DNA of 64,000 nt from the human T2T-CHM13v2.0 reference genome, Homo sapiens. Below, one piece after another: positions 13,755 to 25,970 of this stretch. The DNA lies in NCBI RefSeq assembly GCF_009914755.1, contig NC_060935.1, one strand, 5' to 3'. The translations under genes and the position numbers were made by a program. The notes under the pieces were generated by a model. That model worked only from the letters and a program-made list of their open reading frames with translations. It did no database searches and was not told where the DNA came from. The stretch's first letter is position 1. Every line of letters starts with the position of its first letter.

Positions 13755-14045
13755 AACAATAGCTAACAGTTGGTGGATGTGCAAGAATGTCGGGGGCTCT
13801 CTTCTAAAAACATTTATGCATAGTAATATCTATTCTTCACAACTAGGCGAGACAGGTCTTCTTATTAGCCCACCTTATCAATGAGAAAACTTAATATGTT
13901 TTTCCATTTGAATGAGGCTTAGGGAGATCAGGCTAATGGGCCCAGGCTAATGGGCTAATGTGGCACAGTGCCACATTGCAGACGTGGGTTCCAAGCCAGG
14001 TAGTCGGTCTGTCCCCAGAGTGCAGGGGCTTCATTGCTGTGCTGG
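13755..14045 (-). mobile_element. MIR SINE
   Basis: aatagctaaca...ttcttcacaact...aatgagaaaact...gaggcttagggag...ttccaagccaggtagtc. Confidence 0.6.
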
Positions 14046-14048
14046 GTA

Positions 14049-14211
14049 GTGTAGTTCTCAAAGGGCAGTCTCTGGACCATTGCATCAACCAGCATCACCT
14101 AGTTCATGCCCCAGCCTTACTGAACGACAGCTGTAAGGGTGGGGTCCAGCAGCCTGATTTTGACATTTCCTCCAGGTGATTGTGATGCAAGCTCAAGTTT
14201 GAGAACTGCTG
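14049..14211 (+). mobile_element. MER5A hAT-Charlie MITE
   Basis: gttctcaaag...cagcatcacct...ctccaggtgattgtgatgcaagctcaagtttgagaactgctg, with inverted termini. Confidence 0.8.
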
Positions 14212-14219
14212 CTGTGTAA

Positions 14220-14425
14220 ATGTGCTCTGTGCCCAGCAATCTTCTTCATCAGCATTATGTTACTTAATTCTCATGGAGGTCCTAATAAGTAGGCATTATT
14301 TTTATTTTAGAGACGAAGGCATGAAAATCAGGGGGCAGGAGAAGGAATTTGCCCACAAATACTAAACGGCAAAGGTGAAATTCAAATCCAAGACTTTTTG
14401 ACTCCAAAATCCATATTGTTAATGC
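14220..14425 (-). mobile_element. MIR SINE
   Basis: ttaattctcat...aagtaggcattattttt...attcaaatccaagac...gactccaaaatcc. Confidence 0.6.
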
Positions 14426-15654
14426 ATATTGATTTCCTGCTTGATGTCTAGCCCACTGCTTCATCTTGCTCTCTGGGACATGTCTATTCTCTGGTTTCAT
14501 CCCACCTACCAGCTTGGGGCACCCGGTCTTTGGGTTATGCACATTCTCACAGCATTCTTACAAATTTACCCGCACCTGTGTCATCGCGCTGGACTCCAGG
14601 CTCTGCTGTGTGCCAGGTCTCTGCATTCCACCCTCCCCAGCAACCTCAGGCTTCTTCCAGTAGGTCTGGAGATGAGCACCTCAGTGGCAAAGGACAGAGC
14701 CCTTGTGTGGAGGTTGGACTTCTTCCTCACTGGCAGCTGAGCTCTTCCAACTGAGTCAACCTTTCTCTTTCCTCTCTTCCACCTGGATGGCCGTGGCGCA
14801 CAGGACGGACACAGCCTCCCTCTGACCTGACTTTTGTTTTCCTCATGTTAAATGCTATCACTCACTCAAATAATGCTGTGTCTTGTGCATTGATTATTAT
14901 TAGAAGATTGTTTTATACCTTAACAGCTTTAGACATGAAAAGAAATTGCCAGACTCCAGGGTATGTGTGTCCTTTCTTATCTGAGTCTGTTCAGTTTCCC
15001 CACCTGTCTTTGTGGGAGTTGGCATTCTTCATCTTCCTAGCTGTGTAAAATGCTTTTCTCTCCAGAACCAGGACAGTTGAAAGGGATTGAGCAGAGCATC
15101 ATTTCAGTTCCTCAAGGCCCCAGTCTGCCACCTGGCTCTCCAAATACCATGGCACAGCCGCAGCCTGCCTTTTGCACTAGAACCCGGAGTCCTGAAGATG
15201 TGGCCCCTTCCCTGGGAGGCTCATCTTGCCCCTTATTCTACCCAACAGTGGTGGGTTCTTCTCTGCTTACTGCCCTCACCCCCCACGCACCCCACCCTGA
15301 AAAACAAACCTCTTTTCCTCCTCCTAATCCAGAGTTAAACAAAATGACTTTGGACTTTACAGTTCTTCCATAATAGATTCAGGACTCCCCCTGTTTAACT
15401 GATTTGCAGCCCGGGAGGCGTTTCCTCCCCTAATTCCTTTCATCACTGCCTTGCCCTTTATGGAGTGCTTTGCTGAGTTGACTGTGGTTGAAGATATCTG
15501 GCCAGTTATCTGCAAGATAGAAAAAGACAAATGGCTTTCTCCCTCATTGATTTATTTATTTCGACACACACCAGTCCAGAAAAGGATTTAAGCAGAGAAA
15601 ATGGTATGGATTTTGTCCCCAGGAAAACCTTTTGGTAAAGCAATTTTGATTAAC

Positions 15655-16070
15655 TTATTTGTTCAGTAATTGTTTATTGAGCACCTACTGTGTGTGGGGC
15701 AACTCTCTGAGGTACTAGAGACCTATGAGTGAACAAAGCAGACCAAAGCCCTGGCCTCTCAGAACTTGTATGCTAGTGGGAGGGAGAGAAAATCAACACA
15801 TGGCTGAGGAAGCCCTGTAATATGTTATATGGTAATTGCTTTAGGGTAAGAGGCAAAGAGATGATCAGGTGTGTGTTTGAGGGATTGTAGACTTAAATAG
15901 AGTGGTAGAATGGATTCATTAAGAAGATACCTCATAAAAGGCGGACTGACATTTGCATAGCTCGGCAGGAGTACTCCTGGCAGGGTTCACAGTGACTGCA
16001 AAGGCATGATATCAGGACCCAGCCGGCACGCTCACAGAACATCAACATAGCCACATGGTGACAGAACCTA
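15655..16070 (-). mobile_element. L2 3' region (antisense)
   Basis: tttattgagcacctactgtgtg...gtgaacaaagcagaccaaagccctggcctc. Confidence 0.75.
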
Positions 16071-16081
16071 TTTAAAACCTT

Positions 16082-16232
16082 CCCTGTCTGCACTAGACTC
16101 TAAGCTTCATGAGGGCAGGAAGCATGACTATCCTTGCTCACTGCTATGTGCACCAATGTTTAGCACCAATTTGCCTCTCAAATCATACACATTCAATACA
16201 TATTTGTTTAAAAAATAAGTGAATAAAATAAA
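16082..16232 (+). mobile_element. L2 3' end
   Basis: cactagactctaagcttcatgagggcagg...caatacatatttgttt. Confidence 0.7.
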
Positions 16233-17639
16233 CATGAGTTTATAGTTTGAGTACTTGAGCAAGCATGCTGGAAAGACATGAGTTTCGAGTCAGAAATGGC
16301 AGTCCCTTAATTAGTGATTTCAAAGAATGACAAGTTCAGGCCAATGGCGGGGGTAGCTTATGGCTAAGACAGAGGGGAAGGCCCATGAGAAGATGAGGCC
16401 AGGTAGGTGACAGCGCAGGTGTCTGAGGACTCATCACAAGGAGCGTTGCAGTCACCCCAGATAATGGCTGAGGCTAGTGACAAGTTGGGCTGTGAGCCAA
16501 GTGTCAAAGCCCTCGATGAATCTTGAGGGACTCAGGATATCAGTCATTGGCAGAAAAGAAGAGAGGGCGGAGCAACATTGCCAGGTGGCAGGAGCTTCAG
16601 ACCAGCAGGAGCAGGGCTATTCAATAAAAGTGTGAAAGAGAAAAGGTCTCCACTTGAGGAGGATCCTCCACTACGAGGAGGATCATAGACCCAACCTCTG
16701 CATGCCAAAACAGACAACTCAACATTTTCTTGAGAAAGCTACCGAGGAGGCACTCCCCTCAGGAAACAGCTGGGTTTCAATAAATGAAGGCAGTTCAGGG
16801 AGCACTCTGCCTGAAGGCTGATGGTCTCGGGGAGCATCTTGCCTATGTTGTGGGTGTTCCAGAGAGCCCAGTGGATGGGTGTGGAAGGTGGGGGAGAGTG
16901 AAAGATTGGCCAGAAGGGGGAAATTCTTTTCTCTAGGGGAATGAATGGGCTGGAGAGCCTGATGATGTTAGGGGAGCAGGAGCAGATGCACATGCCTGTA
17001 TGCACCCTGGCAATAAGAGATGAGGTGTGTTGGTGTTAATCCCACATGTTCCCAGTGGAAGGTGGTGAAACCTCACCTCACAGATTTCAGCTTCAACCTG
17101 TGTCTGTGGCAGGGCAGAAACCCCTTTTCTTCCTGCCCCTGAAGGTACAGCAGTGGCAGTAAGTGGGTAGCTCTCCATAGGCCAAGTCTTCCTGTGGTCC
17201 AGAGTAAGAAGACCAATCTTCAGGAAGGCAGTAAAAGGTCAAGGGCAGAGGTCATGAGATAGTGGGAGTGGAGAAGAGAGGGTAGGGCTTAGAGATATGT
17301 TGGGGGCCAAACTGCCAGAACCTGATGCTTGGTCCAATGTAGGATGGGAGTGAGGGTGGAGGACAGGCTGGGAAAGACGACCAGGTTTCTGGTTTGGCCT
17401 CCCTTATTGCCTATTCGGGAGAACTAGGGGTTCTCTGTCCAGCTTTTCTCCTGTGTGGCAATAGGTAGGGTATTATGGACTTGCTGATGTCTGATTTATT
17501 TCTGCCTGCTGATCCATGTGGGTTAGCTCTCTTTTCTACAAAAATGATCATAACAACTCCAGACTCATTTTTTAAGAGAAGAGGGATTTATCAGATTGAA
17601 CAGAAATGATAGAATACAGCAGATATATGATAAATAGGC

Positions 17640-20020
17640 AGAATGAATCATCTTTTATTCAATAGATATTTATTGAGTAGCTAAAGCACAACAGTGTATA
17701 CTTAGGTGCTGCAGATTGCATGGTGAATTCAGCCTTTGCCTCATCGGGCTGCAGTATGGGAGTGTAGGCAATATTCAATAAATAAATATGCAACCCAATG
17801 CCAGGGAGAGGTAGTGCCATGGAGAAAAATTAAAAAAAAAAAGACATGGGTGAAGAAAGCCAGGAGGAGCTGCTTTTGTTAGAGAGTGACTTTAGTGCTG
17901 CAAGAAAGCCAGCTCAGCACAGAGCCTAGAGACCCAAGCGAGATGAGACAGCAAGGGCTTGTATGAAGAGAGGGTGTTCCAGGCAGAGGTAACTGCAAAT
18001 CCAAGGCCATGAGTGGGGAATGCATTTGGTGCGTATGAAGAACAGCAAGAATTCTGGTGCTCAGGGAAGTGATGTAGGATGCTGTGATGAGAGCCCCTAT
18101 AGTCAGTTCATGCATGAACCTGAAAACCATGTGCAAAACTGTGGGACTTGTTCTAATAAAAATACACCAGCACATTTTAAGCAGGAGAGCAAAATAATTT
18201 AATAAATGTTTCCTTTTTTACCTTTTTTATTTAAATTTATTTTTTATTGTACTTTAAGTTCTGGGATACGTGTGCAGAAAGTGCAGGTTTGTTACATAGG
18301 TATACATGTGCCATGGTGGTTTGCTGAACCCATCAACCCATCATGTACATTAGGTATTTCTTATAATGGTATCCCTCCTCTAGCCCCCCAACCCCCTGAC
18401 AGGCCCTGGTGTGTGATGTTCCCCTCCCTATGTCCATGTGTTCTCATTGTTCAGCTCCCACTTATGAGTGAGAACATGTGGCGTTTGGTTTTCTGTTCTT
18501 GTGTTTGTTTGCTGAGAATGATGGTTTCCAGCTTCATCCATGTCCCTACAAAGGACATGAACTCATCCTTTTTATGGCTGCATAGTATTCCATGGTATAT
18601 ATGTACCACATTTTCTTTATCCAGTCTATCATTGATGGACATTTGGGTTGGTTCCAAGTCTTTGCTATTGTGAACAGTTCCGTAATAAACATACAAGTGC
18701 ATGTGTCTTTATAGTAGAATGATTTATAATCCTTTGAGCATATACCCAGTAATGGGATTGCTGGGTCAAATGGTATTTCTGGTTCTAGATCCTTTAGGAA
18801 TTGCCACACTGTCTTGCACAATGGTTGAACTAATTTACACTCCCACCAACAGTGTAAATGTTCCTATTTCTCCACATCCTCTCTAGCATCTGTTGTTTCC
18901 TGACTTTTTAATGATTGCCATTCTGACTGGTGTGAGGTGGTATCTCATTGTGGTTTTGATTTGCATTTCTGTAATGACCAGTGATGATGAGGTTTTTTTC
19001 ATATGTTTATTGGCTGTATAAATGTCTTCTTTTGAGAAGTGTCTGTTCATATCCTTCGCCCACTTTTTGATGGGGTTGTTTTTTTCTTGTAAATTGGTTT
19101 AAGTTCTTTGTAGATTCTGGATATTAGTCCTTAAAGAATTACTTTAACCATGAAGAGAAAGATGGAGGGGAGGGGGCGTAAAGATAGCCAGTAAAGGCAT
19201 AAAGGTATGCCAGTTAGAATACTGTTGATTTCGTCCATCAAGAATTGATGACGTCATGGACTGCAGTGGTAGGATTTGCAATCTAAGAGTATGTTAATCT
19301 GGAATATATTCTGAAACTAAGCTAGAAAGTTCATTGATTGATTAGATGAAGTTTGTGAGAAAGAGCTCAGTATTAAGACTGACTATAAGATTTGTGGCCT
19401 GGGCTGCTGGTGTATACCATGCTGGTAATATACTATTCTTGTCCATCAAAAACTCCAAGAAAAGCATGCTTGTGGTAGGAAAGACTTTGGTCCTTTAGAT
19501 ATACAAATGAAAATGTTGAGTAGATAGTTGACTATGCCAGGGAGCTAGAAAAATGCATATGGGAATCCTAACCATACAGGTGGTGTTTAGAGCCAGAGGC
19601 TGGCTATCCCACATGCAGCGTGAAGGCAGACAACAGCTTTGTAGGCCAGGAACAGTGGCACTCCAATAGTCCAGTGTCAGGAAAAGGATGATCCAGCAAA
19701 GACAATTGGGAGATGAGAAGGAAATCTCAAAACCAGTTCAAGGAGAATGTTTCATAAAGAGCAGGTGTGATTACAGCACAAGTGTTGCTTAGAAGTCCAG
19801 GGAGATGAGGATTAAGATTTGGCAAAATGCACTTATACACATGAGACATTGGAAAGAAGGGTTCTGATGAAGACGGTAGATAAAAGATTAATTAGAAAGA
19901 GGGAGAATGGGTTAAAGAAGTTGAGATAGTAATTAATTTTGCTGAGAAGTTTCACTACAAAGGGAAGCAGAATATGGAGGGTCAGTGGTTGGAGGAGAGT
20001 GTGAGTTCAGGATTTTTTCC
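17640..20020 (-). mobile_element. Long L2 element (antisense) interrupted by an L1PA insertion
   Basis: L2 tail (attcaatagatatttattgagtagct) at ~17657; L2 body to ~18200, resuming after ~19135 (aagactgactataagatttgtggcctgg...aaatgttgagtagatagttg). Confidence 0.7.
18210..19131 (-). mobile_element. 5'-truncated primate L1 (L1PA7/8-like): 3' UTR plus ORF2 C-terminus
   Basis: Minus-strand ORFs 18546-18821 and 18451-18702 translate to L1 ORF2p C-terminal motifs (VWQFLKDLEPEIPFDPAIPLLGI; WNQPKCPSMIDWIKKMWYIYTMEYYAAIK; FMSFVGTWMKLETIILSK) in different frames; T-rich tail at the left end. Confidence 0.93.
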
Positions 20021-21659
20021 TCTAAAGTCCAATCTGCAGCCTAATATCCCTTGGTCCTTTACTGGCTATTATTGCGGTGTAATTACTTGTCTCGGTGTTC
20101 TCTGTTGTTCCTCCTCCTCAAATAAAATAGGGGAAAGAGTTAGCCAAGATTGGCCTCTGCTTTTTGAGCAATCTATACATTTTGATCTTCAGCCAAATGA
20201 CCTCAAAATTTTTATGTGTGGCTTTTGGGTGCTCTGGGAATTTGGAACAAAAGTCACTATGTTGCTAAAGCAATTGACTGTGGCTGACACTAGGTGCTTT
20301 GTCTGGAAGTGAGACTATCTGCTGCCAGCCCTAATGAGGATTCCACTGGGGATTGATAGTTGTGGCACTTACGGGAAAAATTGCTTGGAGTGGGAACCAG
20401 CTTATAAGAAGGGGCAGGGGACACAGAACGATTTCTGCTCATCCCCAGTCCCTCCCCAAGGACCAAGGCAGAAGTTCTCAAAGTCCTCAATATTTAACCC
20501 TGCATGACCAGATGCTCACCTGAAGCAGGGGCGTATGAATGTATCTTTTTTCAAAAAAGATGCCACAGCAGGAATCAAGTTAGGCTTTTGAAGCCACCCC
20601 TCTGGCCCACACACAAGAAGTCCCCTCCTTGTCCAGGAGAAGCTCTGAAGGGAGTGGAAGTGCAGGGGCAACCCAACGCCACAGAAATGTGGACAAACAC
20701 TGCCCAAGTCGTATCCTCAGGGGAGTAGGGCTCTGGGGAAAATACCTCTGCTCTACGTAGGTCCATGCCCTGGGAATTCTGTGAACATCCCTGCTGCCTC
20801 AGTGCTGTGAATTCTACATCAAGGGGGCAGAGGAAGCAGGCAGCCTCAGTGTTTAGGTTTCAATAATGTTAGGGATGAGGGAGAGCTCACCAACCTGGAA
20901 AACGTACCTGCCGCCATACCTTGCCCATCTAATCTTGGCTTCCAGGTGACTTCCTGGGTATTCATCCAAAATGCTCCTCTTCAGAGTCCTAACAAACCTA
21001 TTCTCATTGCCACCATTGCCCTAGAGGCACTCCTTTCTTGGAGAGGGAAAGCCAGTTGATTGATAGAACATTGTATAAGATGGGGAATAGGAGAGAATAG
21101 CTTCCATCCCTCTCTGTACCCACCTTCTCCCCAGAACTCATGGCTCTTGAGAAATTAGAGCAAATTAGTGAGTGACCACAGTGTTTTCCTCCACATCATT
21201 CTGCTGTCTTTAGTTTTGCTTCCAGCTGCCCACACTGACCAGCCCCTGTGCTGCTTCTGAGCGGTCACGTTCCTCCGTGTGCTGACATGTCTTCTCTCTG
21301 CATCACCAGTTTCCTAGACCTCTTGGTTTGGGTCACTCAGGTGTTGTCATGGCAATGACATCCTCAGTAGAGTAGCACTGCTCATGTTGTCATGGTTATC
21401 AGGACCTCTTGATGGGAGCCCCACTGCACTGTTGTCATGCGGAGAGCAGGAAGGAACCCTAGGACCTTCTGGTAAGCCTGGATTCTTAGGCTAGGCATGA
21501 GTCATCTGTGCCTGAAAATGAAGGTGGTTATGATTAGGGAAATAGCAGCTGCCTAAAATGGTGAGATTCTAACTACTTGAGAAACGAATAACTGAAAGAG
21601 GGATCATCATCCTCATCACCGTGATCACCTCCTTCCCACCTCCTCTTCATCCTCTGCAT

Positions 21660-21915
21660 AGTGTCTGATATTTTTACGGTAGCTTGGCTATGTTCCAGGC
21701 ACTCTTCTAAGTGTTTTCCATTTGAGAACTCCTCATTTTTCTTGACGGCCTTATGATGTAGGTGTTCTTGCTGTTCTTTTGCAGATGAGGGAACTGAGGC
21801 GCAGAGCACGCACTTAGACCGCTTGCTCACAGGTGCTCCCTAACGTGCAATATGGCCAAGACTTAACCAGGCAACCTGGTTCCAGAGGTTTCACTCCGAA
21901 CTCATTACCTATTCT
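21660..21915 (-). mobile_element. MIR SINE
   Basis: tatgttccaggcactcttctaagtg...ttttgcagatgagggaactgaggcgcagag. Confidence 0.75.
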
Positions 21916-22799
21916 GTTTCAATACTAACAAGAAAATTCAAGATGAATCAATCTAGTTACTGAAGGCGTTACTAAATTATATCACCTTCTTTTTGGCTAG
22001 AATCCATATAGTTTATATTTTTTACTACTTTTAAGTTTTAAAATATTTTCATATGTTCATTTGATTCCAACAACTGTCTGCAGTTAGTATGTCTATTAAC
22101 GGTATTTTACAGAAAAGAAGATCAAAGTTTTGAGAGTTCATAATTCCCCAAGGAAAGTTGACGTCTAAACTGTGTTGGACGAGGTCTGAATTCATGACAA
22201 TCTGTAGATTCAGAAGCTAGTGTTTTGTCTTGTTCTACTGCATATCATGTCATGTTATATGGCCCAGAGCCTGGCTCTGGGGAGGAAAGTGGTTCAACCA
22301 TCTAAGATAAATGGGTAGCAGCAGTCACCTCTATGGATAGAAGGACCACATGGCAAGTCTTGGCATGTTCACTCAAGGAGCCATTCACCCTCTTTTGCCC
22401 TCATTATTCTATGCCTAAAAATTCCACTGTACAGTAGCTACTTTATCTATTGCCATATAGGCAAGAGAGCAGCAACCTTCCTTCCATGGCAACTGCCGTC
22501 ATAGAATCTGGGCTGCCTTGAGCAAGTCATTTAACCTGTACATGAGAATCCCAACAGAAGGTTAATTGGCTCTGTCTCTAATATAAATGACAATTAAACA
22601 CAAATAAGTTACTTAGTAGCTGGCCTGTGAGAAAGTACAGCTTTTAAGAGAGAGGAAGCTGAGCCCTGAGAGTCGATGTATCTTCTCATTTGAGTACAAA
22701 GGGATTGATTGGAGGGGGACATGCTGAGTGGGGAACAGCAAAGCTAATAAAGACGATTATAAACAGTAGCAGCAAAGACTTCTCATTTTTTAAAGTATC

Positions 22800-23010
22800 T
22801 GACAGAACTTTACCTATATCAGCATGTTTATCTTTAGAGCAGCACTGTGAAGTAGGTAATAATGTCATATTATTATCTATATTCAAAAAATAGGGAAAGT
22901 GAGGTGCAGAAATGTTAGTTAACTTGCTGGAGGTCAAGTCAGAGGTGGAGATGGGACCTGCACCCAGCCTCCTGGATGTGTCTGGCGGCATCAGCAGCTG
23001 TCTTTTCTGC
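22800..23010 (-). mobile_element. MIR SINE
   Basis: ctgtgaagtaggtaat...gggaaagtgaggtgcagaaatgttagttaacttgc. Confidence 0.6.
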
Positions 23011-23262
23011 ATTTGAACTGGGTTTCAGGACCTGGGCCTGGAGCTTAATCAGGGGCATAACGATGAACCTCAACGCTCCCTTTCTGCTCACCACTCTCCA
23101 AGCAGCCGCGCCTTGCGCACTTTGCCCACCCTCTCTGAGCCTTCGCCATCTCCTCTGTCAAGTTAAGACCGTGATAGGATGTATATTCCTAGCTTGTTGT
23201 AAGGATTATATGAGGTAACTCATGTAAATGCATGCCGGGGCCTGATATAAAACAAATGCTCA

Positions 23263-23551
23263 GGATTGGTGTGGTGGCGCACACCTGTAATCCCAGCACA
23301 ATAGGAGACTGAGGGAGGAGGCTCACAAGCCCAGGAGTTCGAGACCAGCCTAGGCAACATAATGAGACCCCCATCTCTACAAAAAAATTTTTTAATCAGC
23401 TGGGTGTGGTGATGCGCACCTGCAGTCGCAGCTGAGGCAGAAGGATCACTTGAGGCCAGGGGGTCGAGGCTGCAGTGAGCTATGAACACACTACTGCACT
23501 CCAGCCTGTGTGATAGAGTGACACCTTGTCTCTCATAATAATTGTAATAAT
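23263..23551 (+). mobile_element. AluJ-like element inserted into a MIR
   Basis: Dimeric Alu with the J diagnostic gggtcgaggctgcagtgagctatga; (AAT)n tail; TSD core AATGCTCA at 23255-23262 and 23552-23559; MIR sequence on both sides. Confidence 0.88.
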
Positions 23552-25049
23552 AATGCTCAATAAGTGTCAGAGTGGTGACATCACAGGTGGTACACAGAGT
23601 GAGCATTAGAATTGGTAGTTATTCCTGTCCTCAGCAAATGTGTCTTCTTAATCTTAAAGATGAACATACTGTTTATAGCACAGAGTAAAGTGCCGGATGT
23701 GGCAAGCTAAGATGCAAATGTCCATCTTCAAGACCTTTTCACAATACTCCATTTTCTCTAATGCAGAGTTTGGCCTATACTATTCTCAGATGACCTGTTG
23801 GTACAAGGGCTACCATTTTCTTTTGGCAGTGTTTCCAAGTCTCCATGTCCCCTCAAGTGAAATCCATAATGTCTTCTAAGTTTCCAGTGGATTTCAAAGC
23901 CTCATAATTAACGTCCATTTAATAGCGATAGCGAATGACTGCTTGTTGCTTTCTTAACATCCTTTCTTTTACAGGTAAAAGGGTAAATTTACAATTAGCA
24001 GCCTCCAATTTGCATAGACACAGAAGTTTTATTAAGGGAGCAAAAAGTGATTGAAATTTAACTGAAAGTAATACTATGATCTAGGTTTTAATAAACCAAA
24101 ACAAATGGATACATTCTTATTTCTATTCTAAAAGGGCATTTTATTCAAAATGTGATGGTCCAGTCTTGAACTGTGATATGTTTTTCGTCATTGCTGGGTA
24201 AGCAACTTCCTAGCCACATTACACAAAGTGAATTTAGCTATGAGCTGTGAGCTATGAGCTGGATACCAGTCTGCCCAGTGACGAGCCTCCTTCATTCCTA
24301 CTTCCATAAGAAAGTAACTTGGGAATAGTCAGTGCTGTCCACAGGCCTTGATAATATCAAGATGCTGCTGGCCTCATTTGATATTAAACATCAGCTCTGA
24401 CGCTGTTTTCATGCACTTTTCAAATGAAAGTTCTCCCCCTGCCTAGCTAATGGATAGGGCAGTGCAGTGGGAGGAGACCCGTCTGCTGTCCTCCCTAGGC
24501 GATGTAGCTGCCAAGTGGGTGGAAGGCAGAGCAAGAGAGCCAGGAGGTTCACAGCAGTGTCTCTTTCCAGATCCAAGGGAGACACAAAAGGGAATTAAAA
24601 ACTTCACGTTGCGTTGTTGTCACTCTACCTGCGTCTCGCCTGGGAGAGCTCTGCAGCTGGAGAGTGCTGAGAAGTCAGCCCTTCAGAGCAATTACAATTC
24701 ATATTGACTATAAACTTCCCACTGTGCGAGGAAAGGAAAGGAGGTGCTTGCCAAGCGCTCAGAGGGGCGAGTGTAAATTATTTCACCATCTGATGATATA
24801 TACCACGTTGGCAAACATTAGGGGAAAAGAGGAGGAGAGAAAGCAAAGAGTGTGGGGAAGCTGACAACTGATCTCCCGCATTCATGAAAGGAACTGGGAC
24901 CCGGGCACACTGCTGGGACAGGACGAGTCGCCCACCTGTCGCTGCTGCAGCTGGCTTGTCTATGGTCTACACTTGGGTGAGGAAAGCTTTTAACCTGATG
25001 TCCCAGCTCACACATAACTAGAGGAGAGGGCAGGGAATACGGGGAAGTG

Positions 25050-25225
25050 AAGAGCACTTTGGTCAGAACACTTGGTTTGCCTCTTTGCTCTGCCAGTTAC
25101 TAAGTGGGTGACTCTTAACAAACCAATTAACTTCTCTGAACCTTTGTTACCTCATCTGTAAAATAGGATCAGAATATGAAGATTAGCAACAGTACATTGG
25201 AGGTGCTTTGTAAACATGAACACAT
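25050..25225 (+). mobile_element. MIR SINE
   Basis: ctctgccagttactaagtgggtgact...aacttctctgaacct...cctcatctgtaaaatagg. Confidence 0.75.
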
Positions 25226-25655
25226 TACGCACATTATCCTTTATTAAAAGTTTTGTATTAATTATGCATATTCTTTTGGGCAGTGCCAAGAAAATAAAAA
25301 AGGCAGACAGGAGAGGTGTAAACCCACCACAGAGCAATCTTCTAAGATAAAGGTGTTTTTACATTTTTGCAACACAAACTCAAAAAGCAAAAAACGTAAG
25401 CGGCGTTTATGACCGTTGTTATAACAACAGCAATTATCATTTGTTCTCATTATCGTTTGCTAACTCCTGCATTTATTTACACAGCACAATTAATCTGAAA
25501 GTTCACCTAACCATTTCACAAATGCTGTGGTGGAAGGGAGTCTAAGGAAATGAAGAGAGTTGAACGTTAGGACACAGCTGGGCAGTGCAGGAATCAAAAG
25601 GTAAATCACTGGGCAAAAGGAACAACGGGATTGATACCAGTTTTAGAATGGGGCC

Positions 25656-25935
25656 AGACAGGCACGGGGACTCACGCCTGTAATCCCAGCACTTTGGGAG
25701 GCCAAGGCAGGCAGATCACTTGAGGTCAGGAGTTCAAGACCACCTGGCCAACATGGTGAAACCCTGTCTCTACTAAAAATGCAAAATAAAATTAGCCAGG
25801 TATGGTGGTACACACCTGTAATTCTAGCTACTTGGGAGGCTGAGGGAGGAGAATCAGTTGAACCTGGGAGGCAGAGGTTGTGGTGAGCCAAGACCGCGCC
25901 ACTGCACTACAGCCAGGATGAAAAATATCTCAAAG
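25656..25935 (+). mobile_element. AluS (Sz/Sx-like), 3' end degraded
   Basis: gatcacttgaggtcaggagttcaagacc...ggccaacatggtgaaacc; lacks a normal tail. Confidence 0.88.
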
Positions 25936-25970
25936 CCAGTGTTGACTCTTATTGTCTCATTTCATGTCAC

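Noticed and set aside
18206-18886. ORFs with L1 ORF2p similarity as an active retrotransposon
   Set aside because: Only ~0.9 kb, 5'-truncated and frameshifted; a dead copy.
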